Assembly: GCF_006345805.1 (NCBI RefSeq) | Contig: NC_043024.1 | Coordinates: forward strand, 13,640,001 to 13,704,000 | From: Octopus sinensis | Taxonomy: Eukaryota | Direction of reading: 5' to 3' | DNA length: 64,000 nt | Shown: positions 63,752 through 64,000 of the stretch, one piece after another | Layout: every line of letters begins with the position of its first letter | Position numbering within the stretch: the stretch's first letter is position 1 | Program-made: the position numbers and the translations under genes | The notes under the pieces: generated by a model | What the model was told of the DNA's origin: nothing | What the model saw: only the letters and a program-made list of their open reading frames with translations | The model's database searches: none

Positions 63752-63841
63752 CTACGGACGTACGTTTCGAAATCAAGTTTTAGGAAAGCATAAGAATTAG
63801 AAAATTCTACCTTACCCAAACTTCTTTTCTCATCGGCGCAG
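63752..63841 (-). ncRNA. Type I hammerhead motif with a single core substitution (CCGATGA)
   Basis: CTGCG-CCGATGA-GAAAAGAAGTT..AACTTGATTTC-GAAAC-GTAC-GTC-CGTAG: 5-bp stem I, 11-nt stem II with 2 mismatches, palindromic loop III. Confidence 0.75.
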
Positions 63842-64000
63842 GATACTACAATTATGAATAATTGTATATTAAATTTTGAGATACTAGAAGGCATTATCTC
63901 AACTCAGTGTCAGAGCGAGCCAAAGCATGACCAGTACCACGAAATTCAAAGTGTGAATGAAACTTTGTGTCACCAGCCCCCTTCCACCCGCGTGTAGCCA

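Noticed and set aside
15-63894. The many ORF-track entries rich in YI/CV/HT/poly-I/N/L
   Set aside because: They are translations of (TA)n, (CA)n, (ATT)n and (GATA)n microsatellites or of SINE bodies, with no protein signal.

Overview
This is AT-rich, microsatellite-dense animal genomic DNA. Its repeat inventory (tRNA-derived SINEs, (TA)n/(CA)n/(ATT)n arrays) looks like a coleoid cephalopod, probably Octopus; that assignment is inferred from repeat style, not from a database search. I could not recognise any host protein-coding exon, rRNA, genuine tRNA or CRISPR array, so the window is intergenic or deep intronic, and almost all ORF-track entries are microsatellite artefacts. The protein-coding remnants all belong to mobile elements: a 5'-truncated R4/Dong-clade RT-REL LINE in (TAA)n (27.9-31.1 kb); a Penelope-like element (PLE) with RT and GIY-YIG domains, bracketed by ~355-bp inverted repeats (37.5-41.2 kb); two further PLE 3' fragments; three CR1-type LINE 3' fragments; Tx1/L1-like and RTE-like scraps; and a decayed maT-type Tc1/mariner. 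The most notable signal is about a dozen type I minimal hammerhead ribozyme motifs from several unrelated sequence families. Four have an intact catalytic core and pairable stems, three lie just downstream of PLE GIY-YIG ORFs, and all six 4-nt stem-III loops are different but self-complementary. Also present: a SINE/LINE shared 3' stem-loop with compensatory changes, SINE multimers with an identical junction, three 200-300-bp foldback palindromes, and a ~1.04-kb tandem duplication that may be an assembly artefact.
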